This document shows, in pieces, positions 9,145 through 17,694 of a DNA stretch of 64,000 nucleotides. Every line of letters begins with the position of its first letter. Position 1 is the stretch's first letter. The translations under genes and the position numbers were made by a program. Source of the stretch: Bacillales bacterium UBA1744 (GTDB lineage Bacteria; Bacillota_I; Bacilli_A; RFN20; CAG-826); NCBI GenBank assembly GCA_002314915.1, contig DCHU01000082.1:3896-67895 (forward strand), written 5' to 3'. Below the pieces are notes generated by a model. That model was not told the DNA's origin and made no database searches. It saw only the letters and a list, made by a program, of their open reading frames with translations.

Positions 9145-12100
9145 TTATGCCTTATGTGACATATATAGGGTGTGAACGAGTCTCAAGATTCCTTCTAGGT
9201 CGTTGAACCAAGTTGGTTTCTTCTCGAGTCTGATTTTGAGTTTCTTCTCAACGAATGTGACTCTTATCTTGTTAAGATAAGGAACCATTGCATTGAATAA
9301 CTCTTGTCCGATGCCGTTTATCCTAGAGAAACAATCATCCATTGTGATATCGATGGTTGTCTTGGTTTCCTCAATTCCCGCAAACTCGATGTTTGAGGAT
9401 AAGAGGTCCACTCTCTTTTTCTGGATTAAGAGCTCTGCTTCCTTTGGAAGTTTTCCGTAAACCTGACGCATCTTCTTTGCAATCGCAGTTATCTGCTCTT
9501 CTTTTTCGGCGGACTCGAGTTCCTGATATAACTCGATCTTGTCGCTGTTCTCGGCAAAACCCGTTGGGATATACGCATCGATGTTGAACACCTTCTTTGG
9601 TTTAGGTGGCTCTTTTACGATGCCCGTTTGTTTGGCCATGATGGTTTCATTGAGCATCTTTAGATATAAATCTAATCCAATTGTGTCGATGAATCCGGCT
9701 TGTTCTGCTCCAAGGATGTCTCCTGCGCCACGGATCATAAGGTCTCTTTGAGCGATTTTGAATCCGCTGCCAAGCTCTGTGAAGTCCTGGATGGCCTTAA
9801 GTCTCTTTTGGGCGTCCTCATTCATGTTCTTCTGAGGTTTGTATAACAAATATGCATACGCGATTCTATCGCCTCTTCCAACTCGACCCTTGATTTGGTA
9901 GAGCTGGGACAATCCGAATCTGTCGGAATCCTCGACGATAATCATATTCGCGTTAGGAACGTCGATTCCGTTCTCAACAATTGATGTTGCGACGAGGACG
10001 TTAATTTCTCCGTCATAGAACTTCGCCATGACGTCTTCCACTTCTGTTTTTTCCATCTTTCCATGTACCACTCCAACCGATGCATCTTGGACGTTGTTCG
10101 CAATCTTTGATGCGACGTTATAGATGGTTGATACCATGTTGTGGACATAGAACACCTGGCCACTTCGAGCGAGTTCTCTTCCGATTAACTCATAGACAAC
10201 ATCCTCCTTATAAGGAGTGACATATGTTTGGATAGGCATTCTTGAAGCTGGGGCCGTATTGATTTCAGACATTGGTCTGATACCGATCAACGACATTTGG
10301 AGCGTTCTAGGAATTGGTGTTGCAGATAAGGTTAAGACATCAACGCTTCTCTTGAGTTCTTTAATCTTTTCTTTCTGCTCGACACCGAATCTCTGCTCTT
10401 CATCCACGATCAACAAACCAAGGTTTTGGAATTTGATGTCTTTAGATAAAAGCCTGTGTGTTCCAATTGCTAAATCTATCTTTCCTTTGATGAGGAGTTC
10501 CATATCAAGTTTCTGCCTTGATTCAGGAACCAAACGGGAAAACTGAGCGATGTGAACACCAAAGGTGGCGAATCTCTGGAGGGCGTTTTCGTAATGTTGT
10601 CTCGCTAAAAGGGTTGTTGGGCAAAGTATCGCCACTTGCTTGCCTGCTGATATGGCTTTGAAAGCTGCTCGCATAGCTACTTCGGTTTTACCGAAACCAA
10701 CGTCGCCGCACAAGAGCCTGTCCATGATTTTGTCAGACTCCATATCCATCTTTATCTCTTCAAGAGATTTGGCTTGATCAGCTGTTAATTCATATGGGAA
10801 CTCGTCTTCGAATCTCTTCTGAAGTTCGTCATCAGGAGGGAATGCAAAGCCGGTTTCCTGAACGCGGTTGGCATAGAGTTCGAGAAGTCTGTCCGCGAGC
10901 TCATCCATCTTCTCCTGGATTTTGGCTTTCTTCTTTTTCCAGTCGGCACCTGATAGATGTGAGAGTCTAGGAGCGGCGCCTTCTCTTCCTGAATACTTAC
11001 GTACCAATCTAAATTGTTCCAAAGGAACATAAAGCGTTTCATTGCCTGCGTAGGCAATCTTTAAATAATCTCTGTGAACCCCATCCACTTCCATTGTCTT
11101 GATTTCGATAAACTGTCCAATTCCGTTATATTCATGGACAACGTAATCGCCAGGTCTAAGGTCTTCAAAACTCTTAAGGATCGTTGCGGATTTAAACCTT
11201 GAGGCAAATCTGCTGGATACGGATTTCTTTCCGAATATCTCGGTTGAGGAAATGTAGGTTGTGGATATTCCAGGAATTTCAAAACCGGATGATAAAGGTA
11301 GTTTGGCGATACCTAATTTACCTAAAGGTAATTCAGTTCCTTGGACATCCTCATAATCAACATTGGCGTTGTTGAGGAATGATTTGATTGTGGATATCTG
11401 ATGGTCATCCGCCAAAGCGACGACGACCTTTTTGTTTGTCTCTAAATACGCCTGAACGGTTGGGACAATTCCTGCGATTCCCGTTGCGGCTGTAACGATG
11501 CTTCTTACGGTAAATACAGGGTCGTTGATCTCTTTTTGGAACTTTGTTCCGTATATGATTCTTGAAGCCGGGGCTAAAGCCTCTTTCGACTTCATATAAT
11601 GTTGGAGATGGGTTGTGATTCTTCTTGCCTCGTAGAGTTCTCTATAGTACTTCGAAGATTCTCCTTCTAGCATAGTCATCGCTCCCGCAAAACCTTCTCT
11701 ATCCGCTATAAAGCAGTAGGTTGGCCAGAAGTATGAAAGGATGGAATGAGGTAGCTCTGTTGCCATTCCATAATATTTATAAGATGCAGGCGTATAGTTT
11801 CTGCTTACGATATTCTCTAAGTCTCTTAATACATTTTCGTTTAAGAGGTCTTTATCTCCCGCCGGCATTCCCTCGGAATCCAAAGCGAGTCTATTTGTGA
11901 TGTTTGTGGCGAACTCGTTGATTTCTTCATCTGTGAGATACATATCGGTTGCTGGAAGTATCTCAATCTCTTTAAGAGATTCTTCAGATGATTGGGTGGC
12001 TACATCAAAGAACCTGATCGTGTCTACTTCATCGCCAAAGAACTCAATTCGAACCGGTTTTTGATAATTGACTGAATAGATATCCAAGATGTCTCCTCTT

Positions 12101-12579
12101 GATGCGAATAACAGAGATTGATCAACCTTGTTAACGCGGTTGTAGCCCATTTCGGATAATTGGTCTTTGAGTTCGTCTAAGTTGTAACGTCCCCCTACCC
12201 TGATATCCAAAACGGCCTTCTGGAACTTCTTTGGGTCAGGAAGGTATCTATGCAACGCGGATGGGTGGGTAACCAAGATTTTTGGTGCGGGTTTTAAGAG
12301 TTGGCTCATCGCATAAAGCCTTTGGGCCATAAGCTCTCTTGATGTCGAGAGGGATTCCGCTCTTAAGAGTTCATCCGCCGGGAAGAAAACAACCTCTTCT
12401 TCCTTAAGGAAGTTTAAAAGGAACTCATATGTCTTCTGAGCACTGTACTGGTTATTGCAGACAATCGCGTAATTGCCCTTCTTTTTCTTGAAAATATAGG
12501 CGAAAAGAAGTCCTACACCGGTAGCTCCGTTAACGACAAAAGACCCTCTCTTGTCCAAGAGGGGGGAGGTAAGATTCAA
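9145..12579 (-). CDS. mfd: Transcription-repair coupling factor Mfd
   Basis: 1144 aa. UvrB-homology N-terminus, RNAP-interaction domain, SF2 helicase motifs (GDVGFGKTEVA, DEEQRFG), TRG motif. The track start is a TTG at 12579. An AAGGAG lies about 40 nt upstream in the same open frame, so the true start is uncertain. Confidence 0.93.
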   Translation of the reverse strand: MNLTSPLLDKRGSFVVNGATGVGLLFAYIFKKKKGNYAIVCNNQYSAQKTYEFLLNFLKEEEVVFFPADELLRAESLSTSRELMAQRLYAMSQLLKPAPKILVTHPSALHRYLPDPKKFQKAVLDIRVGGRYNLDELKDQLSEMGYNRVNKVDQSLLFASRGDILDIYSVNYQKPVRIEFFGDEVDTIRFFDVATQSSEESLKEIEILPATDMYLTDEEINEFATNITNRLALDSEGMPAGDKDLLNENVLRDLENIVSRNYTPASYKYYGMATELPHSILSYFWPTYCFIADREGFAGAMTMLEGESSKYYRELYEARRITTHLQHYMKSKEALAPASRIIYGTKFQKEINDPVFTVRSIVTAATGIAGIVPTVQAYLETNKKVVVALADDHQISTIKSFLNNANVDYEDVQGTELPLGKLGIAKLPLSSGFEIPGISTTYISSTEIFGKKSVSSRFASRFKSATILKSFEDLRPGDYVVHEYNGIGQFIEIKTMEVDGVHRDYLKIAYAGNETLYVPLEQFRLVRKYSGREGAAPRLSHLSGADWKKKKAKIQEKMDELADRLLELYANRVQETGFAFPPDDELQKRFEDEFPYELTADQAKSLEEIKMDMESDKIMDRLLCGDVGFGKTEVAMRAAFKAISAGKQVAILCPTTLLARQHYENALQRFATFGVHIAQFSRLVPESRQKLDMELLIKGKIDLAIGTHRLLSKDIKFQNLGLLIVDEEQRFGVEQKEKIKELKRSVDVLTLSATPIPRTLQMSLIGIRPMSEINTAPASRMPIQTYVTPYKEDVVYELIGRELARSGQVFYVHNMVSTIYNVASKIANNVQDASVGVVHGKMEKTEVEDVMAKFYDGEINVLVATSIVENGIDVPNANMIIVEDSDRFGLSQLYQIKGRVGRGDRIAYAYLLYKPQKNMNEDAQKRLKAIQDFTELGSGFKIAQRDLMIRGAGDILGAEQAGFIDTIGLDLYLKMLNETIMAKQTGIVKEPPKPKKVFNIDAYIPTGFAENSDKIELYQELESAEKEEQITAIAKKMRQVYGKLPKEAELLIQKKRVDLLSSNIEFAGIEETKTTIDITMDDCFSRINGIGQELFNAMVPYLNKIRVTFVEKKLKIRLEKKPTWFNDLEGILRLVHTLYMSHKA

Positions 12580-12619
12580 TTTTTCTAATTCATTGAATAA
12601 TTCCGTTTCGTTTGTCTCC

Positions 12620-13189
12620 TTACTTCATGCTGTTGTAGCGGTTCTGGGCGAAGGCGAAATCTCTTTTCAGGATATCGATTAGCGCTTTTGCGGCGTTGTC
12701 CAACGCTGCATCTATCTTAACCTTACCTTCTCCTTGAGGTTTGCCGAGAACGTAATCGATTGGGTTCTTGAACGGAGGTTCTCCGATTCCAACCTTTATG
12801 CGTTTGAACTTCTCGGTGCCGAGATTCTCGATGATGCTCTTGATGCCGTTGTGGCCGCCGCTTGAGCCGTCACCTTTGAGTTTGATTGAACCTTCTGGAA
12901 TGGACATATCGTCATAAACAACGATGACGTCAGAGATATCAATCTTGTAGAAATTGATTGCCTCTCTTAATGACTGTCCTGAGAGATTCATATATGTTAA
13001 TGGTTTTAAAACCATTACATTATCACCTAACGCAGGGTTCTTGATGATTACATATTCACCTTTGAATCCTTCTCTTTCAATTGAGTAGCCTAAAGAATCA
13101 AGGAACCTGTCCACTGCCATGAATCCCATGTTGTGGCGGGTGCCTTCGTATTCTTTTCCTGGGTTTCCTAATCCAACTATTAACTTCAT
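12620..13189 (-). CDS. pth: Peptidyl-tRNA hydrolase
   Basis: 189 aa. LIVGLGNPG..Y..TRHN.GF signature. Confidence 0.95.
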   Translation of the reverse strand: MKLIVGLGNPGKEYEGTRHNMGFMAVDRFLDSLGYSIEREGFKGEYVIIKNPALGDNVMVLKPLTYMNLSGQSLREAINFYKIDISDVIVVYDDMSIPEGSIKLKGDGSSGGHNGIKSIIENLGTEKFKRIKVGIGEPPFKNPIDYVLGKPQGEGKVKIDAALDNAAKALIDILKRDFAFAQNRYNSMK

Positions 13190-13190
13190 G

Positions 13191-13748
13191 CTATTTCACT
13201 TCCACGTCGATTGGTTCTAAAGAAAGCTTGTTGATGACCGTGACGATCTTCTCGACCTTTTCGTAGTCGAAATAATCGATTGGCGTTGTTAAGAAAGAGG
13301 AATACATAGCGACTTGATCCAGTGATGAATTAGGGTCGCCTGTAACTTTCTTAATCATGAGCTTCATTGCGAGTTTGTATCTCCAGTTAAGCTTGTTGAT
13401 ATCAAAACTACCTCTCAACTGGTAATAACGGACATGATAAAGGTCCAAGATGTTTCTGTTGATGAGGTCTTTTCTTCCTTCTGGACTTGGGAAAGACAAT
13501 CCGCTTGAGAAGATCAAAATATGCTTTTTAGCATCATTTAACTCTTCATAATGGCAAAGGAAGTCATCGAGTCCCTGAATTTTTCCGTTGAGGACCCAAC
13601 CACCAAAAACGAAGCAATCGTAATCGGAAGCGTTCTTCCATTTGAATTTCTTTAAAGGCAAGACATCTCCGCCAATTTTATTGGCGATATCTTTTGCGTA
13701 TCTCTCTGTGGAGCCGGTTGAGGATGTGTAAAGTACAATAGTTTTCAT
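13191..13748 (-). CDS. Flavodoxin-domain protein (HemG-like architecture)
   Basis: 185 aa. MKTIVLYTSSTGSTERYA is a flavodoxin FMN-loop-like N-terminus. There is a 1-nt gap to pth. Confidence 0.65.
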   Translation of the reverse strand: MKTIVLYTSSTGSTERYAKDIANKIGGDVLPLKKFKWKNASDYDCFVFGGWVLNGKIQGLDDFLCHYEELNDAKKHILIFSSGLSFPSPEGRKDLINRNILDLYHVRYYQLRGSFDINKLNWRYKLAMKLMIKKVTGDPNSSLDQVAMYSSFLTTPIDYFDYEKVEKIVTVINKLSLEPIDVEVK

Positions 13749-13813
13749 AACGGAGTAAGTTTATCACTCACCTTTTATAGATAAAAGATGTCGGAATTAG
13801 TAAAATAACAAAC

Positions 13814-14743
13814 ATGAGCGCAAAAGAGTGGTTTGGAGACTTAGCTAGAGGTTCTGCATTAGGGCTTGGAATGGTTCCAGGTGTAAGCGCAGGCACAGTA
13901 GGTATAGTCGTAAACGTATACGATAAGTTAATCGGTGGCATTTCTGGGCTTAGAAAAGCTTTCTGGAAATCCGTAAAGACCCTCTTACCTATTGGTATCG
14001 GCGCAGTTTTAGCTAGCCTTATCGTTTTGTTTTTGGTTCACAAGACGTTCGATTACGCGCCTGTGTTGATTATCTCGTTGTTCGCCGGTCTCACAATCGG
14101 TTCGATCCCACTACTCTACGATAACGTTAAAGAAGACGGATTTAACGCAAGAAGCATAGCTTTGATGGTGGCGGGTTTTGTTGTTGCGGCCTCCATTGGC
14201 ATCCTGTCCGCGATTAGTAAGCTCTATTGGAATTTCGATTTGAATTCGGTGTTTATTGAGGCTCCTTGGTGGCTTTATATTTTGCTTTTCGTAGCAGGGT
14301 TCATCACCGCTATTGCATGCATTGTCCCAGGTATCTCTGGCTCAATGATTTTGTTTATTCTTGGATTATATAATCCAATTCTTAATATGTATTCATTGAG
14401 TGGCGCTGATTCAATATTCAACAACCACGATAGGATTCTCCCTGTAATAGGCTTAACGTTCGTGTTGGCTTTGGGAATTCTCGTTGGATTTGTCGCAGCC
14501 TCTACCATGATGAAAACTCTAATCGAAAAGCACAAAGTAGTTACTTTTGATTTGGTTATCGGGTTTGTTTCTGGCTCAGTCGTATCTATGTTCGCTAACC
14601 AAAGCATGATCGCCGATTCAAAGGTTTGGGTTTATTCTCCAGACATCACAAAACCTTGGATGTACGCAATCGCCGCGGTGTTGCTTGTGGCCGGTTTCTT
14701 TGGCTGTTTATTGTTGACGAAGAAAACAAAAGAGTCTCATTAA
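13814..14743 (+). CDS. DUF368-family polytopic membrane protein (family recently linked to undecaprenyl-phosphate translocation)
   Basis: 309 aa. Internal duplication with the hallmark PGVSAGT (N-terminal half) and PGISGSM (C-terminal half) motifs. Confidence 0.8.
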   Translation: MSAKEWFGDLARGSALGLGMVPGVSAGTVGIVVNVYDKLIGGISGLRKAFWKSVKTLLPIGIGAVLASLIVLFLVHKTFDYAPVLIISLFAGLTIGSIPLLYDNVKEDGFNARSIALMVAGFVVAASIGILSAISKLYWNFDLNSVFIEAPWWLYILLFVAGFITAIACIVPGISGSMILFILGLYNPILNMYSLSGADSIFNNHDRILPVIGLTFVLALGILVGFVAASTMMKTLIEKHKVVTFDLVIGFVSGSVVSMFANQSMIADSKVWVYSPDITKPWMYAIAAVLLVAGFFGCLLLTKKTKESH

Positions 14744-14788
14744 GAATATATAATTACAAAAATAGTTAGTAAAAATCGCTATTTTTCT

Positions 14789-14816
14789 TTGACATTATTT
14801 TGGTATTCGCTATAAC
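14789..14816 (+). promoter_or_regulatory. Sigma-70-type promoter of the TetR-family gene
   Basis: TTGACA (14789-14794), 16-nt spacer, TATAAC (14811-14816). Confidence 0.4.
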
Positions 14817-14841
14817 TAAACAATCTAAAGAGGAAAACCCT

Positions 14842-15435
14842 ATGCCAAGAACACCGGAACAGAACGCTAATATAAGAGACAAGAGAAAAGCAAAAATCAT
14901 GAAGAAAGCTTTAAAGCTTTTCGCTATAAACGGATTTGATAACGTTACAGTTGACGACATTACAGAGGCAGCAAATTGCTCCCATGGTCTTTTCTACCAC
15001 TACTTCGGGACAAGAGAAGATATCTACAATGAATTGATGAAAGTTAAGCAGGAGCATTACAGCAAATACGACGCTCCGTTAACCGAAGCATTCAAAGCTG
15101 GTGGCAAGAAGGGATTGGATATCCTTTGCGAATACTTGGAGATGATGAATTCCGCAAACGAAGACGCAATCTACTACTCAAGATTGAAGATCATCTCAAA
15201 TTTCGCAACAAAGACGAAAGAATCAACATTGATTGGATATGACTTCTTGGACGGCATCACAAACCTCATTAAACAAGGTCAGGAAGACGGAACAGTTAGA
15301 GATGGAGATGCAAAGCAGATCGCACTCATGTTCTTAGACTTCGCAAACGGCGTTTCATTCAGAAGATTATTCGCCGAGGAAAACGAATTCGAACTCGTTT
15401 CCGCTTCATTAATCAAGAGCTTCTTCGATAAATAA
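14842..15435 (+). CDS. TetR/AcrR-family transcriptional regulator
   Basis: N-terminal HTH IMKKALKLFAINGFDNVTVDDITEAANCSHGLFYHYF. Start moved to ATG 14842 after the AAAGAGGAAAA RBS. Confidence 0.85.
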   Translation: MPRTPEQNANIRDKRKAKIMKKALKLFAINGFDNVTVDDITEAANCSHGLFYHYFGTREDIYNELMKVKQEHYSKYDAPLTEAFKAGGKKGLDILCEYLEMMNSANEDAIYYSRLKIISNFATKTKESTLIGYDFLDGITNLIKQGQEDGTVRDGDAKQIALMFLDFANGVSFRRLFAEENEFELVSASLIKSFFDK

Positions 15436-15452
15436 GCTAAACAAAAAAATAA

Positions 15453-15471
15453 AGCCCGCTATAAGCGGGTT
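15453..15471. terminator. Bidirectional terminator between convergent genes
   Basis: Stem CCCGCT / AGCGGG, flanked by an A-run (15443-15453) and a T-run (15470-15473). Confidence 0.6.
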
Positions 15472-15476
15472 TTCTG

Positions 15477-16259
15477 TTATCCCAAAAGTTCTTCGTAGGC
15501 CTGATAATCTGAATCGTATTTCATACAAAACACCACGACCGGTGCGTCATCATGTTCGTTTAGGAACTCTTCAACCGCGTTGACGGCAATCTTTGCGGCC
15601 GATTTGCTTGAAAATCCCTTTTCTCCTACGCCTAAAGCAGGAAAACATATAGATTTAAGGCCCATACGCATTGCGAGCTCCAGACATGATAAATAGCAGT
15701 TCAGCAGTTCAGATGTTTCTTTTTTGCTAGGCCTATCCTTAAAACGCGGTGCAACGGTATGTAAAACGTATTTGCAAGGGAGGTTATAACCTTTGGTTAT
15801 TTTGGCGTGGCCAGGTTGCTCGTCTCCTTTTTGTTTTTTCATTATCTCATAACACTCGTTTCTCAATTGAAGCCCTGCGGCAGAATGGATGTCGTTATCG
15901 ACACAGTAGTGACCAGGAACAAAACACCCCAATAAGGTTTGGGAAGCGGGGTCCACTATAGCATCCACTGCCATTTTTGTTATGTCGCCTTTTACTAGTC
16001 CAACTTTAGAAATTGTTGTAGATGTAATGTCTCTCAAAGAATATATTCTTTGTTTTGATAACTCATATTTAAGAAGGGCGTCTTGGGCGGATAAGAACGA
16101 CTCAGGCAACGGTCCAGGTCTCTTGAGGTTCATAAGATCTCTAAGCGCCCTTCTTTTGTCTGCAACGGTATCCGAATAAGAAATAACCCCCTTAAACTCT
16201 GGCATTGAGTCAAAAAGGAAGGTAACAAGACGGTTGATGGTTTCTAGATACGTAGCCAT
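15477..16259 (-). CDS. Macrodomain protein (protein-ADP-ribose hydrolase, zinc-macrodomain class) with a ~90-aa helical N-terminal extension
   Basis: 260 aa. GDITKMAVDAIV....LLGCFVPGHYCVDNDIHSAAGLQLR and YVLHTVAP, ICFPALGVG are macrodomain motifs. The overall layout resembles the SirTM-linked macrodomains of staphylococci and streptococci. Confidence 0.85.
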   Translation of the reverse strand: MATYLETINRLVTFLFDSMPEFKGVISYSDTVADKRRALRDLMNLKRPGPLPESFLSAQDALLKYELSKQRIYSLRDITSTTISKVGLVKGDITKMAVDAIVDPASQTLLGCFVPGHYCVDNDIHSAAGLQLRNECYEIMKKQKGDEQPGHAKITKGYNLPCKYVLHTVAPRFKDRPSKKETSELLNCYLSCLELAMRMGLKSICFPALGVGEKGFSSKSAAKIAVNAVEEFLNEHDDAPVVVFCMKYDSDYQAYEELLG

Positions 16260-16261
16260 AA

Positions 16262-16543
16262 CTATAATTTGTCGATTGCATCTTTGAGAGAATCGAGTTG
16301 ATCCATATCAAAATCAAGGTCAATATCGCTATTCTCAAATACGGTTTTGTTTTGTTTAGGCTGAGCGGAATTCTTCTTAGGAGAGTTTGTTGTGATAGGA
16401 AACGGAATGCTGTTTGTTCTGGAGACGGCCTTCAAAAACAAAGTGATTGCTGATGTCATTGATAAACCTAGTTCATCTAAGACTTTTTCAGCATTATCTT
16501 TTACCTTGCTATCAATACGTAAATTTATAGTTGTCTTCGACAT
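16262..16543 (-). CDS. RelB/DinJ-family ribbon-helix-helix protein (antitoxin-like) with an acidic C-terminal tail
   Basis: 93 aa. INLRIDSKVKDNAEKVLDELGLSMTSAITLFLKAVSRTNSIPFPI is the RelB/DinJ RHH signature. Its stop lies 2 nt before the macrodomain ATG. Confidence 0.8.
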   Translation of the reverse strand: MSKTTINLRIDSKVKDNAEKVLDELGLSMTSAITLFLKAVSRTNSIPFPITTNSPKKNSAQPKQNKTVFENSDIDLDFDMDQLDSLKDAIDKL

Positions 16544-16562
16544 TTTTTCCGTTTTTCTTTAA

Positions 16563-16605
16563 TTTGGTAATGTAATGATAATGTAACGCTTTTGGCATTA
16601 CAAGA
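16563..16605 (-). promoter_or_regulatory. Promoter/operator region of the RHH-macrodomain bicistron
   Basis: Direct repeats TAATGTAA at 16568-16575 and 16579-16586 (11-bp register), plus an inverted partial copy ATTACA at 16596-16601. On the minus strand the repeats overlap a -35 TTGTAA / -10-like TATCAT arrangement. Confidence 0.45.
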
Positions 16606-16779
16606 ATATTGAATAAACAGTTTTTGCAGTGTTTTTACGAAAAATGTCTTTAAAAATCTATATTTTTGTTAGTTGTTATCTATATTTTTTGTTACCTAAC
16701 AATTAGATATTAAAGAAACAAAAACTAGAATATTACATTTTACTCATAGTAATTAAAAATAAATGTTTCACGCTATAAG

Positions 16780-16810
16780 CAAAAAGAAAAAGGCCTTGGA
16801 GGGCCTTCTA
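16780..16810 (-). terminator. Terminator after ispE
   Basis: Stem AGGCC / GGCCT with a 6-nt loop (16791-16810), and a U-run on the minus strand (plus-strand A-run 16780-16790). Confidence 0.5.
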
Positions 16811-16824
16811 GATGTGTGTTGTCT

Positions 16825-17694
16825 TTAGAGGATTTTGGAGATTTCTACAAACCTATCGTTTCCGCTTATTTTGAGGGCTGCCTCTTTCAGAAGCTTGACG
16901 TCTGTAGATAACGAGAACACAGCGGAGCCGGATCCAGTCATAGCTGTCATTGGTAGTCCGTATGACTTTAAAGCGTCTACAACCTCTTGGACTTCAGGAA
17001 GCAGCGAACATGCTGGCTTGTATAAATCGTTGCCAATGTTCTCGGCTAAAAGGGCATCGTCGCCTTCCTCAAGAGCTTTAATTACCCTTTCCGTCTGGCA
17101 ATCGGTTCTCTCGAAAGTGTCGCAAATGTCGAAAATCGATTTCGTTGACAACCCTTTTTTGGGTTTAACAATGAGGCAGTGGTACTTCTTTTTACACTTA
17201 ATTTCTTTTAAATTTTCACCAATTCCGGTTACCAAAGCAGGTTTGCAAGCAACAAAGAAGGGAACGTCTGCACCGATGTTTTTTGCTATCTCAAGGACCT
17301 TGGGATCGGTGTTACTAATTCCCTTCATTTTGCACACAGCGTTGATTACACAAGCGGCGTTGCTTGATCCTCCGCCCATACCAGCGGCGAAAGGAATCCT
17401 TTTGTGGATAACGATTTCGAACGCGTCATCGAAGCCGAAAACAGACCTCATTTGTTCAACCGCTTTGTAACAAAGGTTATATTGCATGGACGCGAGTTCC
17501 AAATCGTCGCAGGTGACGTAGGTGGTGCTGCCACCGTTAAACCTGTTGATTTCGATGATGTCATGAAGTTCGACAGGCAAAACAACCATCTCTAAATCGT
17601 GATAGCCATCCTCTTTTTGACCAAGAACTTTTAGAGATACGTTGATCTTTGAGTATGATTTAACAATCATTTGTGTTGGTTTGAAGAACATCAT
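16825..17694 (-). CDS. ispE: 4-diphosphocytidyl-2-C-methyl-D-erythritol kinase (MEP pathway)
   Basis: 289 aa. GHMP-kinase motif PFAAGMGGGSSNAA and an N-terminal KINVSLKV. ATGA start/stop overlap with rsmA. Confidence 0.9.
   Translation of the reverse strand: MMFFKPTQMIVKSYSKINVSLKVLGQKEDGYHDLEMVVLPVELHDIIEINRFNGGSTTYVTCDDLELASMQYNLCYKAVEQMRSVFGFDDAFEIVIHKRIPFAAGMGGGSSNAACVINAVCKMKGISNTDPKVLEIAKNIGADVPFFVACKPALVTGIGENLKEIKCKKKYHCLIVKPKKGLSTKSIFDICDTFERTDCQTERVIKALEEGDDALLAENIGNDLYKPACSLLPEVQEVVDALKSYGLPMTAMTGSGSAVFSLSTDVKLLKEAALKISGNDRFVEISKIL

Noticed and set aside
16568-16694. Short direct repeats, checked as a possible CRISPR array.
   Set aside because: There are only two copies each of 8-nt and 16-nt units, with no regular repeat-spacer architecture and no cas genes. 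Operator or phased binding sites are a more plausible explanation.
16644-16706. 20-codon hydrophobic ORF (MSLKIYIFVSCYLYFLLPNN) that could be mistaken for a type I toxin.
   Set aside because: It has no RBS and is very short. It is generated by the AT-rich tandem repeat itself, and I saw no flanking antisense-RNA features.
16835-17470. 211-aa ORF on the plus strand, antisense to ispE. Similar long antisense ORFs occur at 1270-1851, 5047-5484, 26701-27255, 10217-10546 and 62700-63104.
   Set aside because: Each lies entirely inside a well-supported conserved gene on the other strand. The translations are low-complexity and Ser/Leu/Phe-rich with no motifs. Biased codon usage in the real genes depletes stop codons in the antisense frames.
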